64,000 bases of DNA, from assembly GCF_054482525.1 (NCBI RefSeq), contig NZ_CM137006.1. The stretch is one strand, 5' to 3'. Positions 9,904 through 24,228 of this stretch are shown in pieces; positions within the stretch are counted from its first letter, which is position 1, and every line of letters begins with the position of its first letter. Below the pieces are notes generated by a model. It was not told the DNA's origin and ran no database searches. It saw only the letters and a list, made by a program, of their open reading frames with translations. The translations under genes were made by a program, and so were the position numbers.

Positions 9904-12348
9904 TTACACCTTTTCAACCTGAACCAGGTTTGTATGTGACGGATTCCCCTTAGCGAGAGGAGACGGACGTTGAGTGGTCAGTACGTTAATACAACCGCCC
10001 TTATCGACACGTTTTGCATCCGGGTCATACCAGGCACCTTCACCCAGTGCGACCACACCCGGCATCATTCGTGGCGTCACTTTCGCCTCAATATGAACTT
10101 CACCACGGTCGTTAAAGATCCTGACCTTATCGCCGTTGTTGATACCGCGTTTTTGTGCATCAAGCGGGTTGATCCACATTTCCTGACGGCAAGCTGCTTT
10201 CAGCACATCAACGTTGCCGTAAGTTGAGTGAACGCGAGATTTGTAGTGGAAGCCAGTAAGCTGCAGCGGATATTGTTTGTTCAGCGGATCCTGATAACTT
10301 TCAAAGCCCGGCGTATAGATCGGCAGTGGATCGATCACATCGCCTTCTGGCAATTCCCAGGTAGCGGCAATGTCAGCCAGCGCCTGCGAATAAATCTCAA
10401 TTTTACCCGATGGCGTGGTCAGTGGATTTGCCTGCGGATCTTCACGGAAGGCTTTATAAGCAACGTGATGCCCTTGTGGGTCGCGCTTTTTAAAGATCCC
10501 CTGCTTGCGGAACTCTTCAAACGTTGGCAGTTCAGGAATCGCTTCCCGCGACTGGGCATACAGATGCCGCATCCACTCTTCCTGTGTACGGCCTTCAGTG
10601 AACTGTTGCTCAACGCCAAGACGTTTTGCCAGTTCGCTGGTCATCTCATAGATGGTCTTACATTCAAAGCGCGGTTTAATCACCTGATCGTTGAAAATCA
10701 CGTAAGACATATTCCCGCAGGATGCATCCAGTGCAAAGTCCATCTGTTCGGAAGCGGTGCAGTCAGGCAGCAGGATGTCAGCATATTTCGCCGATGAAGT
10801 CATGTGGCAGTCGATAACCACAATCAGCTCGCACTTCTTATCATCCTGAAGGATTTCATGGGTACGGTTGATTTCAGAATGCTGGTTAATCAGGCAGTTA
10901 CCAGCATAGTTCCAGATCATTTTGATCGGCACATCCAGCTTATCTTTCCCGCGCACCCCATCACGCAGCGCCGTCATTTCCGGGCCACGTTCAATGGCAT
11001 CGGTCCACATAAACATAGAAATGCTGGTCTGGATCGGGTTTTCGAGGGTCGGCATACGGACAAACGGTAAGCTGTATGAACCTTCACGCGCGCCGCTGTT
11101 GCCCCCGTTAATACCAACGTTACCGGTCAGAATCGCCAGCATCGAGATAGCACGGGTTGCGATTTCACCGTTAGCGTGACGCTGCGGGCCCCATCCCTGG
11201 CTGATAAACGCCGGTTTGGTACTACCGATTTCACGAGCCAATTTGATGATTTTGTCTGCCGGAACACCGGTGATTTGCGAGGCCCATTCCGGCGTTTTAG
11301 CCACGCCATCTGGCCCTTCACCCAGAATATAAGCTTTATAGTGACCATTTTTCGGCGCACTGGCTGGCAGTGTTTTCTCGTCGTAGCCAACGCAATATTT
11401 ATCGAGGAATGCCTGATCCACCAGGTTTTCGGTGATCATGACATACGCCAGACCGTTAACCAGTGCGGCATCTGTTCCCGGACGAATAGGGATCCACTCA
11501 TCTTCGCGCCCGGCACCGGTGTCGGTATAGCGCGGATCGATGATGATCATGCGAGCATTAGATTTCTGGCGCGCCTGTTCAAGATAGTAAGTCACCCCAC
11601 CGCCACTCATTCGCGTTTCGCCAGGGTTATTACCAAACAGCACTACCAGTTTACTGTTTTCGATATCCGACGGGCTGTTACCATCTGCCCAGCCGCCGTA
11701 GGTATAGTTCAAACCTTCCGCAATTTGCGCGGAAGAGTAGTCACCGTAATGGTTCAGATAACCGCCGCAGCAGTTCATCAGGCGCGCGACCAGGGTATTT
11801 CCCGGCGGCCAGGAGCGGGTCATGGTGCCGCCCAGCGTACCGGTACCATAGTTCAGATAGATAGACTCGTTGCCGTACTCTTTGATCAGGCGCTGCATAT
11901 TGGTCGCGATGATGTCGTAGGCTTCTTCCCAGCTAATGCGCTCGAATTTGCCTTCACCGCGCGCCCCGACTCGTTTCATCGGATATTTCAGGCGGTCCGG
12001 ATTATAGACACGGCGACGCATGGAACGCCCACGCAAACAGGCGCGAACCTGGTGCAGGCCGTCGTAATTGTCATCGCCGGTATTGTCCGTTTCGACATAT
12101 TTGATTTCACCGTCCACGACGTGCATACGTAGCGGGCAGCGACTACCACAGTTAACTGTACAGGCGCTCCAGATAACCTTTTCGTCTGATTTTGTTGGAA
12201 TGGCGCTATCGACAGCGTGCGCAATCCGACTAAAAGGTAATGTTAATGCGCTGCTGGCCATTGCCAGGCCGCCGATCGCTGTCGTTTTTACCAAACCACG
12301 GCGACTCACCTCAGCAGCCAATACCGCATCAGGGATTTTCGTTTTCAT
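9904..12348 (-). CDS. dmsA: DMSO reductase catalytic molybdopterin subunit DmsA (814 aa)
   Basis: Tat-type twin-arginine leader (SRRGLVKTTAIGGLAMASSALTLPF) and molybdopterin oxidoreductase body. Confidence 0.95.
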   Translation of the reverse strand: MKTKIPDAVLAAEVSRRGLVKTTAIGGLAMASSALTLPFSRIAHAVDSAIPTKSDEKVIWSACTVNCGSRCPLRMHVVDGEIKYVETDNTGDDNYDGLHQVRACLRGRSMRRRVYNPDRLKYPMKRVGARGEGKFERISWEEAYDIIATNMQRLIKEYGNESIYLNYGTGTLGGTMTRSWPPGNTLVARLMNCCGGYLNHYGDYSSAQIAEGLNYTYGGWADGNSPSDIENSKLVVLFGNNPGETRMSGGGVTYYLEQARQKSNARMIIIDPRYTDTGAGREDEWIPIRPGTDAALVNGLAYVMITENLVDQAFLDKYCVGYDEKTLPASAPKNGHYKAYILGEGPDGVAKTPEWASQITGVPADKIIKLAREIGSTKPAFISQGWGPQRHANGEIATRAISMLAILTGNVGINGGNSGAREGSYSLPFVRMPTLENPIQTSISMFMWTDAIERGPEMTALRDGVRGKDKLDVPIKMIWNYAGNCLINQHSEINRTHEILQDDKKCELIVVIDCHMTSSAKYADILLPDCTASEQMDFALDASCGNMSYVIFNDQVIKPRFECKTIYEMTSELAKRLGVEQQFTEGRTQEEWMRHLYAQSREAIPELPTFEEFRKQGIFKKRDPQGHHVAYKAFREDPQANPLTTPSGKIEIYSQALADIAATWELPEGDVIDPLPIYTPGFESYQDPLNKQYPLQLTGFHYKSRVHSTYGNVDVLKAACRQEMWINPLDAQKRGINNGDKVRIFNDRGEVHIEAKVTPRMMPGVVALGEGAWYDPDAKRVDKGGCINVLTTQRPSPLAKGNPSHTNLVQVEKV

Positions 12349-12518
12349 AATGGCTCACTCAAGCTTGCTCACGATTGATTCCAGTAACAAACCGTATTGT
12401 GTAATTATTTCTATAGCAGTTCGCTATATAGGCTTGTATACATCGAATAATTTGAAAATCAAAGAGATAGGTAGATTTTCACTCGAAAGTAGTATTACGT
12501 GTAAGTGAGGAGTAATTA

Positions 12519-12532
12519 TTGTTCGGTATCAA
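12519..12532 (-). promoter_or_regulatory. FNR site of the dmsA promoter (TTGATACCGAACAA on the minus strand)
   Basis: The reverse complement reads TTGATACCGAACAA, which I recall as the dmsA FNR site; lies upstream of dmsABC. Confidence 0.45.
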
Positions 12533-12540
12533 AGGGAGAC

Positions 12541-12567
12541 AAAAAAAGCGCCCGCAGGCGCTTTTTA
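12541..12567. terminator. Bidirectional hairpin terminator after serS (AGCGCCCGCAGGCGCT flanked by A-run and T-run)
   Basis: Perfect palindrome flanked by AAAAAAA and TTTTT, 20 bp downstream of the serS stop. Confidence 0.6.
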
Positions 12568-12586
12568 GATTCAGAAAAATTGGGTA

Positions 12587-13900
<1,314 letters not shown>

Positions 13901-13969
13901 TTAAATGGGAGATGTGGCCACAGCCTGCGACCACAGAGATACAGTAACAACATTACCGCAACGATAACA

Positions 13970-15313
13970 TTAACGGTAGCGTTTTATGGGGCTATTTTGA
14001 TCCTGTTCAGCCAGCCAGGCGAGCTTTTCGCCAATCTTGCCTTCAAGGCCCCTGTTTGTCGGGAAATAATAGCGTGTTTGTGCTATTTCCGGCGGGAAAT
14101 AAACCTCACCGGCAGCATAAGCGTTTGCTTCATCATGAGCGTAACGATATTCCTGCCCGTAGCCCATTTCCTTCATTAATTTCGTCGGCGCATTACGCAA
14201 ATGAACCGGCACGTCATAATCCGGACGTTCGCGAGCATCCGCCAGCGCGGCTTTAAACGCAGTGTAGACAGCGTTGCTTTTTGGCGCGCAGGCCAGGTAA
14301 ACAATCGCCTGAGCAATGGCGCGTTCACCTTCCGCCGGGCCAACTCGGGTAAAGCAATCCCAGGCCGCAATTGCCACCTGCATCGCTCGTGGATCAGCAT
14401 TACCCACATCTTCCGACGCTATCGCCAGACAGCGACGCGCGACATATAACGGATCGCCACCGGCAGTAATAATACGCGCATACCAGTACAGCGCCGCATC
14501 GGGTGCGCTACCACGTACCGACTTATGCAGTGCGGAAATGAGATCGTAAAAGCGATCGCCTTTGTTATCAAAGCGGGCGCTACGTTCACCGGCGATTTCG
14601 GTCAGTAATTCAGGCTTCAGGACCCGCTTACCGCTATCATCGACTTCGGCCATATCCGCCATCATTTCCAGCGTATTTAACGCCCGGCGCGCGTCGCCAT
14701 TCACCAGTTCAGCAATGGCACGTCGTGTTTCATCTGGCAGAACAATATCCTGACCACCATAGCCACGGGTTTTGTCTTCCATCGCCTGAGTTAGTACTTG
14801 CTCAATATCCTCTGTACTCAGGGATTTCAACAGATAGACACGGGCACGGGAAAGCAGTGCCGAATTAAGCTCAAACGACGGGTTTTCAGTGGTTGCGCCA
14901 ATAAAAGTGATGGTGCCGTCTTCAATATGCGGCAGAAATGCATCCTGCTGGCTTTTGTTGAAACGGTGAACTTCGTCAACAAACAGAATGGTCCGCCGAC
15001 CAGCATTACGGTTTTGCCGTGCGCGCTCGATCGCCTCGCGAATCTCTTTCACGCCAGAGGTGACGGCAGAAATACGTTCCACATCAGCGTTCGCATAGCG
15101 GGCAATCACTTCAGCGAGGGTTGTTTTGCCGGTACCCGGTGGCCCCCAGAGGATCATAGAATGCAAATGCCCGGCTTCGATAGCGCGCGGCAACGGCTTC
15201 CCCGCAGCCAGCAAATGTTGCTGGCCGATATACTGTGCTAAATTTTCTGGCCGCATACGCGCGGCCAGAGGTTGAAAAGTATTATCCGAAAAATCGAGCG
15301 ACAGATTGCTCAC
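13970..15313 (-). CDS. rarA: Recombination-associated AAA+ ATPase RarA/MgsA (447 aa)
   Basis: Walker [12 protein letters not shown], Walker [11 protein letters not shown]. Confidence 0.95.
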
Positions 15314-15323
15314 TCAGGTGCCT

Positions 15324-15935
15324 CTACTTACGTTGATCATCTACCGTGACGCCTTGCGGCGGGGTGAAGGTAAATTTCGCTGCTTCCACAGCCCCATTTT
15401 GCTGGGATTTCAGTTGATAACTACTGCGCTGATCATCCTGCTCCACCGCGCTAAACTGATGGATTGTGCCATCACGTCCCACGTTAATGGTGAATTGCTT
15501 CAGATTGCCATTGCTGGCTTTCGGCGTCAGGACAAAGTCATCGCCATTCTGTTTGATATTGTACTGCTGCCAGTCGCTGGACTGGTTGCGGGCAATCAGC
15601 ATAAACGGCGTATTACCGGTGGCGTCTTTCAGCCAGGTCGCCGTAGCTTGCTCAACGAACGGATTATAGAACCACAGTGTTTTACCGTCAGAAACCAGAA
15701 TGCTTTCATCAGGTTGAGTCATATGCCAGTTGAATAAGTTTGGACGTTTCACCCACAGATCGCCCTGACCTTCCTGCACCGCCGCGCCGCTACCGTCAGT
15801 CACTTTTTGTGTGAAGCTGGCGTGGAAGCTGCTGACTTTATCCAGGCGGCTTTTCAGATCGCTTGCGGCATCAGCCCAAACGCTGCTTGCTACTAAGCTT
15901 GAGAGTAATGCACAGGTGATGGCAATTTTTTTCAT
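15324..15935 (-). CDS. lolA: Outer-membrane lipoprotein carrier LolA (203 aa)
   Basis: [21 protein letters not shown] signal peptide; start at the second ATG of ORF 15324-15938. Confidence 0.93.
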   Translation of the reverse strand: MKKIAITCALLSSLVASSVWADAASDLKSRLDKVSSFHASFTQKVTDGSGAAVQEGQGDLWVKRPNLFNWHMTQPDESILVSDGKTLWFYNPFVEQATATWLKDATGNTPFMLIARNQSSDWQQYNIKQNGDDFVLTPKASNGNLKQFTINVGRDGTIHQFSAVEQDDQRSSYQLKSQQNGAVEAAKFTFTPPQGVTVDDQRK

Positions 15936-16093
15936 CATTATTCCTCAAATTACGTCACTCCCGACCGGGAGCTCCCTCTACTCTCTATTCCAGGCTAATA
16001 ATCAGCTTGAGGAAAGAAGAAAATACTGAATTTTCAGTTACCAGATTGCCGGATGCGACGCTACCGCGCCTTATCCGGCCTACGATGCATTAA

Positions 16094-19000
16094 TTAGTCA
16101 AACGGCGGTGGGGCCAGCACTTCACGATTACCGTTGTGCCCCTGTTCGCTGACAATCCCCTGCGCTTCCATCTGTTCGATAATACGCGCTGCACGGTTAT
16201 AACCAATGCGGAACTGACGCTGTACGCCAGAAATTGATGCTTTGCGTTTTTCAGTGACAAACTGCACCGCCTGATCGAACAACGGATCCAGCTCTTCAGC
16301 GCCATCGAAACCGCCCGCGCCACCTTCGCTTTCGCTGTCGGAGGTGATGCCATCAACATACTGTGGGCGACCACGCGCTTTCCAGTCCTGCACCACGGCA
16401 TGAACTTCCTGATCGCGAACAAAAGCACCATGAACACGTACCGGCAACGTGGAGTTCGGCCCAGAGTAAAGCATATCCCCCATACCCAGTAGTGATTCCG
16501 CGCCAGCCTGATCAAGAATGGTACGTGAGTCAATCTTACTGGATACGGTAAAGGCGATACGGGTCGGAATATTCGCTTTAATCAGACCAGTAATAACATC
16601 AACCGATGGACGCTGCGTTGCCAGTACGAGGTGGATACCCGCGGCACGGGCTTTTTGCGCCAGACGTGCTATAAGCTCTTCCACTTTTTTACCTACCGTC
16701 ATCATCAGGTCGGCAAATTCATCCACCAGCACCACAATGTATGGTTCTTTTTTCAGCACCGGATGCTGAGCATCCATACTGTCACCCGGCTTCCAGTACG
16801 GGTCTGGAATCGGACGCATCATGCGATCGGCTTCAGCAATTTTTTCGTTATAACCCGCCAGATTACGCACACCCAGCGCAGACATCAGTTTATAACGACG
16901 CTCCATCTCGTTAACACACCAGCGCAGCGCGTTGGCGGCATCTTTCATATCAGTAACGACTTCCGTTAACAGATGCGGAATGCCTTCATAAACCGAAAGC
17001 TCCAGCATTTTCGGGTCGATCATGATGAAACGCACATCTTCTGGCTGCGCTTTATAAAGCATGCTCAGGATCATCGCGTTCACACCGACAGACTTACCGG
17101 AACCGGTAGTCCCCGCAACCAACAAGTGCGGCATTTTCGCCAGATCGGCAACCACCGGCTCACCGGCGATATCTTTACCCAGCACCACGGTTAATGGCGA
17201 CGGATTATCACGGAATTTGGCGTTATCCAATACTTCGCGCAGATAAACGGTTTGTCGTTTTTTATTCGGTAACTCCAGACCTACATAGGGTTTGCCAGGA
17301 ATAACTTCAACGACACGCACCGCAACCGTCGAAAGTGAACGGGCAAGGTCCCGTGACAAGTTAGAAATGCGCGCCGCTTTTACGCCCGGTGCCAGGTTAA
17401 GTTCAAAGCGAGTGATAACCGGCCCCGGAGAGTAATTGACGACATCGGCTTTAATACGGAAATCAGCCAGACGCGCTTCCACCAGACGCGCCATTTGTTC
17501 AAGCGCAAAGGTATCTACCGGCTCCACTTCGCTCGGCGGCGGTGTCAGCAAATCCAGAGAAGGCAGCGGCGTCGTCGGTTTATGCAACGGACGGCTGTCA
17601 CCATTACGCATCAACAGCGGATGAAGCAGGGTATCCTGCGGCTGTGGCGCAACTGGCTGTTGTGGCTGCTGATACTGCGGCTGCGGTGCAACCGGCTGTT
17701 GTGGCTGCTGATATTGCGGCTGTGGTGCAACCGGCTGTTGCGGCTGCTGATATTGTGGCTGCGGCGCAACCTGCTGTTGTGGCTGCTGATACTGCTGCTG
17801 CGGCGCAACCGGCTGTTGCGGCTGCTGATATTGCTGCTGTGGCGCAACCGGCTGTTGTGGCTGCTGATACTGCTGCTGCGGTGCAACCGGTTGTTGCGGC
17901 TGCTGTACAGGTTCAACAATTGGCGTAAACAACGGTTCGTGTGGACCATCATCCAGCAACGCTTTCATTGGCGAAAATTCAAAATCATCCAGCGAGAACG
18001 GATTCGCCCCAGCCGGTTGTTCGCCGGAATAACGTTGTTGTTGAGTTTGCGCAAACTGACGAGCCAGTTCAGCCTCTGCCGCAGCATCTGCATCTTCTGC
18101 GTTTACGGGCACATCATGTTGATACTGTTCGCCATAGCGTTGCTGCTGTGTCTGGGCGAACTGACGTGCCAGTTCATCCTGCTGCATCGCATCGATTTCA
18201 TCATCGTTGTACTGATCGCCGGAATCGTACTGATTGCGCTGGGCTTCACGGGCTTTTTCTTCTGCCGCACGCTGTGAGGGCAGCTTAATACCGTAAGACG
18301 CCAGTTCACGACGAGTTGGCACGCGGATACGTTTCGGTCGTGGCAACTGCGGGCCAATCCCCTCTTTGACCTGCGGACGCGGTCCAGCGCTATTTGCCAG
18401 ACTGAAGACTGGCGCGGCAACGGTTGCGGCAGCCCCCGTCGCCAGTGTCGCTTTTTTCACGCCAGATGCCAGAGGGGAAACAGCGGCAGCGGCTTCTACT
18501 GGAGGTACTGCTGCAACAGAAGGTGCTTTCAGCGAAGATTTGATCGGTTCTGGTTCTTTAACCGGTTCTGGAATCGGTTGATACCAGGCCGCAAGTTGTT
18601 CACGTTCACGGGCTCGCTTCTCTTCCACTTCTTCAAAGTAGTAAAGCGGCGGACGCGCGGGTTTTGTCTCTTCTACAACGGGTTCAGGCTCCACAACAGG
18701 CTGCTGTTCAACAGGTTGCGGCTGTTGGTACAACGGCTCCTGAGCGACTGGCTGCTGATAAGTTTGCTCAGTCTGGTATGTAGACTGTGGAGCAAAAGTG
18801 GATTGCTGCTCTTCGGCTTGCCAGGCGTTACCTGCCACCGATTGTTCTGGCGCAGGGGCGTAATACGGCTGTTGCGCAGACTGTTCCGGCGCAGGGGCGT
18901 AATACGACTGTTGCGCAGACTGTTCCGGCGCAGTTGCGTAATACGGTTGCTGAACAGGTTGTTCCGCCGCAGGCGCATAATACGGCTGCTGTGGCTGTAC

Positions 19001-20200
19001 AGGTTGTTGCAGCGGCTCATTATATTGCACTGCAGGCTGCGCATATTGTGGCTGCTGTGGGTAACCTTCCGGTGCAGGAGCAATCACCGGCTCTCCCGTT
19101 TGTGGCCCCGGTACAGGCTGCCAGGCTACTGTAGGTTGTGCAGGTGGAACATCAACAGAGGCAACAGGTGGCGTCTGAGTCACAGGTTCAACCGGTGCAG
19201 CCCAGCTTTGCGTCGCCGTGGTAGCAGCAGCTGCTACAGCAACAGGTTCGGTAATTGGCGCACCGTTTAATAATGGATCGTACTCGTCATATTCTGGCTG
19301 CGTTGCACGATTGCCCGAAAAGAGGACGTCGTCAGGGTCGGCAGCCACACCGCGTGCAGTGTAGGTAATCTCTTCGTCATCATCCATCCGCTTACCGGAG
19401 AACAACGCAGCGTCTGTTTGCCGCCCCATCGGATTAATGAATTTTTCCGCCAACCGTTTACGACGCGCTAGCGCGCCGCGAAGAATACGAGCACGGCGTG
19501 ATTCATGCTGTTTGCCGTGATTTTCATCTTCATACTCTTCGTCATCTTCATACTCATCTTCATCGACCCAGGTATCATCGCGACGGGTACGATTACTGGC
19601 GAAGGTGAGAATGTTTAAAATCCAGCCGCCGAGTTTTTCAGCAATGGTCACCCATGACCAACCGGTGAACAGCGTCAGACCCGCAGCCCAAACGCAGAGC
19701 AGCGCAATAGTTCCCCCGCTACTGTGTAGCAGTGGTTGTAGCGTAGTGCTTAGTAAGCTGCCAATGACGCCACCGGAGGCAAAATACCAGATATCGTCAG
19801 CGTTGATTGCCGCCAGACCACAGGAGGTAAGGATGAGCGCCAAAACGCCAATGATGCGTAGCGAAACGGCAAAATAATCAATGTATTCGTCGCTGGACTG
19901 ATGACGCCAGGCAAACCAACAACCGCCGACAATAATGACGGGAATGGTGTAAGCCATCACGCCAAAAATAAAGAACAGCGTATCTGCCAGCCATGCACCG
20001 GGCATCCCACCTAAATTATGGATAGGTTCATGCCAGGCCGTTTGCGACCAGCTGGGGTCCGAAGGGTTAAAGCTTAGTAAGGCAGCCATCAACCAGACGG
20101 CAAACAGGACAATAAGGATCAGCAACGCCTCCAGAAGGCGGCGGCCGCTACTTAACTTTGTCAATGTGACTTCTTTGTCTTCAGTGTATTCCTGGCTCAA
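16094..20200 (-). CDS. ftsK: DNA translocase FtsK (1368 aa) with a long proline/glutamine-rich linker
   Basis: [31 protein letters not shown]... N-terminal membrane domain; C-terminal motor with [12 protein letters not shown]; linker repeats [13 protein letters not shown]. Confidence 0.96.
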   Translation of the reverse strand: MSQEYTEDKEVTLTKLSSGRRLLEALLILIVLFAVWLMAALLSFNPSDPSWSQTAWHEPIHNLGGMPGAWLADTLFFIFGVMAYTIPVIIVGGCWFAWRHQSSDEYIDYFAVSLRIIGVLALILTSCGLAAINADDIWYFASGGVIGSLLSTTLQPLLHSSGGTIALLCVWAAGLTLFTGWSWVTIAEKLGGWILNILTFASNRTRRDDTWVDEDEYEDDEEYEDENHGKQHESRRARILRGALARRKRLAEKFINPMGRQTDAALFSGKRMDDDEEITYTARGVAADPDDVLFSGNRATQPEYDEYDPLLNGAPITEPVAVAAAATTATQSWAAPVEPVTQTPPVASVDVPPAQPTVAWQPVPGPQTGEPVIAPAPEGYPQQPQYAQPAVQYNEPLQQPVQPQQPYYAPAAEQPVQQPYYATAPEQSAQQSYYAPAPEQSAQQPYYAPAPEQSVAGNAWQAEEQQSTFAPQSTYQTEQTYQQPVAQEPLYQQPQPVEQQPVVEPEPVVEETKPARPPLYYFEEVEEKRAREREQLAAWYQPIPEPVKEPEPIKSSLKAPSVAAVPPVEAAAAVSPLASGVKKATLATGAAATVAAPVFSLANSAGPRPQVKEGIGPQLPRPKRIRVPTRRELASYGIKLPSQRAAEEKAREAQRNQYDSGDQYNDDEIDAMQQDELARQFAQTQQQRYGEQYQHDVPVNAEDADAAAEAELARQFAQTQQQRYSGEQPAGANPFSLDDFEFSPMKALLDDGPHEPLFTPIVEPVQQPQQPVAPQQQYQQPQQPVAPQQQYQQPQQPVAPQQQYQQPQQQVAPQPQYQQPQQPVAPQPQYQQPQQPVAPQPQYQQPQQPVAPQPQDTLLHPLLMRNGDSRPLHKPTTPLPSLDLLTPPPSEVEPVDTFALEQMARLVEARLADFRIKADVVNYSPGPVITRFELNLAPGVKAARISNLSRDLARSLSTVAVRVVEVIPGKPYVGLELPNKKRQTVYLREVLDNAKFRDNPSPLTVVLGKDIAGEPVVADLAKMPHLLVAGTTGSGKSVGVNAMILSMLYKAQPEDVRFIMIDPKMLELSVYEGIPHLLTEVVTDMKDAANALRWCVNEMERRYKLMSALGVRNLAGYNEKIAEADRMMRPIPDPYWKPGDSMDAQHPVLKKEPYIVVLVDEFADLMMTVGKKVEELIARLAQKARAAGIHLVLATQRPSVDVITGLIKANIPTRIAFTVSSKIDSRTILDQAGAESLLGMGDMLYSGPNSTLPVRVHGAFVRDQEVHAVVQDWKARGRPQYVDGITSDSESEGGAGGFDGAEELDPLFDQAVQFVTEKRKASISGVQRQFRIGYNRAARIIEQMEAQGIVSEQGHNGNREVLAPPPFD
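17641..17913. repeat. In-frame tandem repeats (about 39 bp unit, about 7 copies) inside the ftsK linker
   Basis: Repeating ctgttgtggctgctgatactgcggctgcggtgcaaccgg units, encoding [13 protein letters not shown] on the minus strand. Confidence 0.8.
18840..18990. repeat. Second in-frame tandem repeat block in the ftsK linker ([13 protein letters not shown]-type units)
   Basis: Near-identical units ggcgcaggggcgtaatacggctgttgcgcagactgttcc repeated. Confidence 0.7.
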
Positions 20201-20334
20201 GAAAGGCTCTCCAGGTTACAGGCTTTTCCTGCCCGATGCTAAAACGGACAACAGTACCAGGTTACCCCAGTACTGTTGCTGTATGGATTAACAGGAGTGT
20301 AATCAAAATACGCCGATTTTGCACCTGTTCCGTG

Positions 20335-20829
20335 TTAGCGCGTCTTAATAACCAGACGATTACTCTGCTTGACTTCTTCCATAACAACGTATGTCCGTGT
20401 GTCATTGACGCCAGGCAGACGCAGCAGGGTTTCCCCCAACAACTTACGGTAAGCTGACATATCCGGCACGCGTGTTTTCAACAGGTAGTCGAAATCACCG
20501 GATACTAAATGACACTCCTGAATTTCTTCAAGTTTTTGTACAGCGGTATTGAATTGTTCAAACACATCCGGTGCGCCACGATTCAGAGTAATCTCAACGA
20601 ATACCAGAAGTGATGCATCCAGATAATGAGGGTTCAGCAGCGCCGTATAGCCCTGAATAAACCCTTGTCTTTCCAGCCGACGCACACGCTCAAGGCACGG
20701 CGTTGGGGAAAGTCCCACACGTTTAGAAAGCTCGACGTTAGAAATACGCCCATCCTTTTGCAACTCATTAAGAATGTTACGATCGATACGGTCGAGATCT
20801 TTGCCAGGGCGCTTCTTGCTATCTACCAT
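20335..20829 (-). CDS. lrp: Leucine-responsive regulatory protein Lrp (164 aa)
   Basis: MVDSKKRPGKDLDRIDRNILNELQKDGRISNVELSKRVGLSPTPCLERVRRLERQGFIQGYTALLNP...; start at the internal ATG of ORF 20335-20883. Confidence 0.96.
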   Translation of the reverse strand: MVDSKKRPGKDLDRIDRNILNELQKDGRISNVELSKRVGLSPTPCLERVRRLERQGFIQGYTALLNPHYLDASLLVFVEITLNRGAPDVFEQFNTAVQKLEEIQECHLVSGDFDYLLKTRVPDMSAYRKLLGETLLRLPGVNDTRTYVVMEEVKQSNRLVIKTR

Positions 20830-21256
20830 TATTATTGTCTCTCTGTATTCCTTCCCTACTCCTGTCTGACCCTGATACATCACTGTTCAGAGTCGCTACC
20901 CGTCACGATAGACCGAAATCATGAAGATTCACGGCGCGCAATGCCTGGGTCTACGGTGAGAAGACCGTTGCCTTGTGGCAGCTATCGACATCACGAATGG
21001 CGTCTGTCCACGCCATACGTAGATTTCACTAGCACGGTAAACATGGTATTTACATGCATGGTTATGCGCATATAAGAATACTGTTTTTTTTCTTCCTCGA
21101 ATGTTTTCGCAAAACACCAGGGGATTGTCAAAGCAAAACATCGATTTTTAGTACAACATGCCAGATATTCATTACCAGGGGCGTTTATTCATCATTTAAT
21201 CGGCTTATAAAGCGGGAAATTTAAGTAGCAGAGGTGATAATGACGGGAGAGTTTGA

Positions 21257-22339
<1,083 letters not shown>

Positions 22340-22461
22340 TTTTACAAATCAGTAACAAAAGTAAAGAAGGCGACACCATGCGACTATGGGTCGCCTTTAT
22401 TTTTTCCTCGTTGTAACATTGCTCTGCAAATAATTCTGATAACTCACCTGCTAAGCGTGCA

Positions 22462-24228
22462 ATGAATAAATCCCGTCAAAAAGAGTTAACCCGCTGGTTA
22501 AAACAGCAAAGCGTCATCTCCCAACGTTGGCTGAATATTTCTCGTCTGCTGGGCTTTGTAAGCGGCATATTGATCATTGCCCAGGCCTGGTTCATGGCGC
22601 GAATTCTGCAACATATGATTATGGAGAATATTCCCCGTGAAGCCCTGCTGCTTCCCTTTACGTTACTGGTTCTGACCTTTGTACTGCGCGCATGGGTGGT
22701 CTGGTTACGCGAACGGGTGGGTTATCACGCCGGGCAGCATATCCGCTTTGCCATCCGCCGTCAGGTTCTCGACCGTCTGCAACAAGCAGGGCCAGCGTGG
22801 ATTCAGGGTAAACCGGCGGGGAGCTGGGCGACGCTGGTACTCGAGCAAATTGACGATATGCATGATTACTATGCACGCTACCTGCCGCAAATGGCGCTGG
22901 CAGTGTCGGTGCCGTTGCTGATTGTGGTGGCTATCTTCCCCTCTAACTGGGCTGCGGCGCTCATTCTGCTGGGCACTGCTCCGTTAATTCCGTTATTTAT
23001 GGCGCTGGTTGGAATGGGGGCTGCCGATGCTAACCGACGCAACTTTCTCGCTCTTGCTCGCTTAAGTGGGCATTTTCTCGATCGCCTGCGCGGCATGGAA
23101 ACATTGCGTATTTTTGGTCGTGGTGAAGCTGAAATTGAAAGTATTCGTTCTGCTTCGGAAGATTTCCGCCAACGGACAATGGAAGTGCTACGGCTGGCGT
23201 TTTTATCCTCCGGCATTCTCGAATTTTTTACCTCGCTGTCAATTGCTCTGGTGGCGGTCTACTTTGGTTTTTCCTATCTCGGCGAGCTGGATTTTGGTCA
23301 CTACGATACTGGCGTGACGCTGGCTGCGGGTTTTCTGGCCCTGATCCTTGCGCCGGAGTTTTTCCAGCCATTACGCGATCTCGGTACGTTTTATCATGCT
23401 AAAGCCCAGGCTGTTGGCGCAGCTGACAGTCTGAAAACGTTTATGGAAACCCCGCTCGCCCATCCGCAACGTGGTGATGCGGAATTAGCATCGACCGATC
23501 CGGTGACCATTGAGGCCGAGGAGCTGTTTATCACGTCGCCGGAAGGTAAAACGCTGGCCGGACCGCTGAACTTTACTTTGCCAGCAGGCCAATGTGCGGT
23601 GTTGGTTGGTCGCAGCGGTTCAGGTAAAAGCTCACTGCTGAACGCGCTTTCTGGTTTTCTCTCATATCAGGGATCGCTACGAATCAACGGGATAGAATTA
23701 CGCGATTTATCACCAGAATCATGGCGTAAACATCTCTCCTGGGTTGGGCAAAACCCACAATTACCGGCAGCAACACTACGGGATAACGTACTACTGGCAC
23801 GACCTGATGCCAGCGAACACGAGTTACAAACAGCGCTGAATAACGCCTGGGTCAGTGAGTTTCTACCGCTCCTGCCACAAGGCGTTGATACGCCTGTTGG
23901 CGACCAGGCTGCCCGCCTTTCCGTGGGGCAGGCACAGCGCGTGGCGGTGGCCCGAGCATTACTAAATCCCTGTTCGCTATTACTGTTGGATGAACCCGCT
24001 GCCAGCCTTGATGCTCACAGTGAACAGCGCGTAATGGAGGCGCTTAATGCCGCCTCTCTGCGCCAGACAACGTTAATGGTCACCCACCAGTTAGAAGATC
24101 TTGCTGACTGGGATGTCATTTGGGTAATGCAGGATGGTCAGATTATTGAGCAAGGACGTTACGCGGAATTAAGCGTGGCTGGTGGTCCTTTCTCCACATT
24201 GCTGGCCCATCGTCAGGAGGAGATTTAA
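22462..24228 (+). CDS. cydD: Cysteine/glutathione ABC exporter, permease-ATPase CydD (588 aa)
   Basis: N-terminal TM domain plus ABC ATPase (GRSGSGKSSLLNAL, LSVGQAQR, LLLLDEPAASLD). Confidence 0.93.
   Translation: MNKSRQKELTRWLKQQSVISQRWLNISRLLGFVSGILIIAQAWFMARILQHMIMENIPREALLLPFTLLVLTFVLRAWVVWLRERVGYHAGQHIRFAIRRQVLDRLQQAGPAWIQGKPAGSWATLVLEQIDDMHDYYARYLPQMALAVSVPLLIVVAIFPSNWAAALILLGTAPLIPLFMALVGMGAADANRRNFLALARLSGHFLDRLRGMETLRIFGRGEAEIESIRSASEDFRQRTMEVLRLAFLSSGILEFFTSLSIALVAVYFGFSYLGELDFGHYDTGVTLAAGFLALILAPEFFQPLRDLGTFYHAKAQAVGAADSLKTFMETPLAHPQRGDAELASTDPVTIEAEELFITSPEGKTLAGPLNFTLPAGQCAVLVGRSGSGKSSLLNALSGFLSYQGSLRINGIELRDLSPESWRKHLSWVGQNPQLPAATLRDNVLLARPDASEHELQTALNNAWVSEFLPLLPQGVDTPVGDQAARLSVGQAQRVAVARALLNPCSLLLLDEPAASLDAHSEQRVMEALNAASLRQTTLMVTHQLEDLADWDVIWVMQDGQIIEQGRYAELSVAGGPFSTLLAHRQEEI

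Noticed and set aside
17495-19270. Plus-strand ORFs (260, 128, 230 aa) and repeat arrays resembling a CRISPR-like pattern inside ftsK
   Set aside because: Repeats are contiguous with no unique spacers and are in-frame coding repeats of the FtsK linker on the minus strand; plus-strand ORFs are low-complexity artefacts
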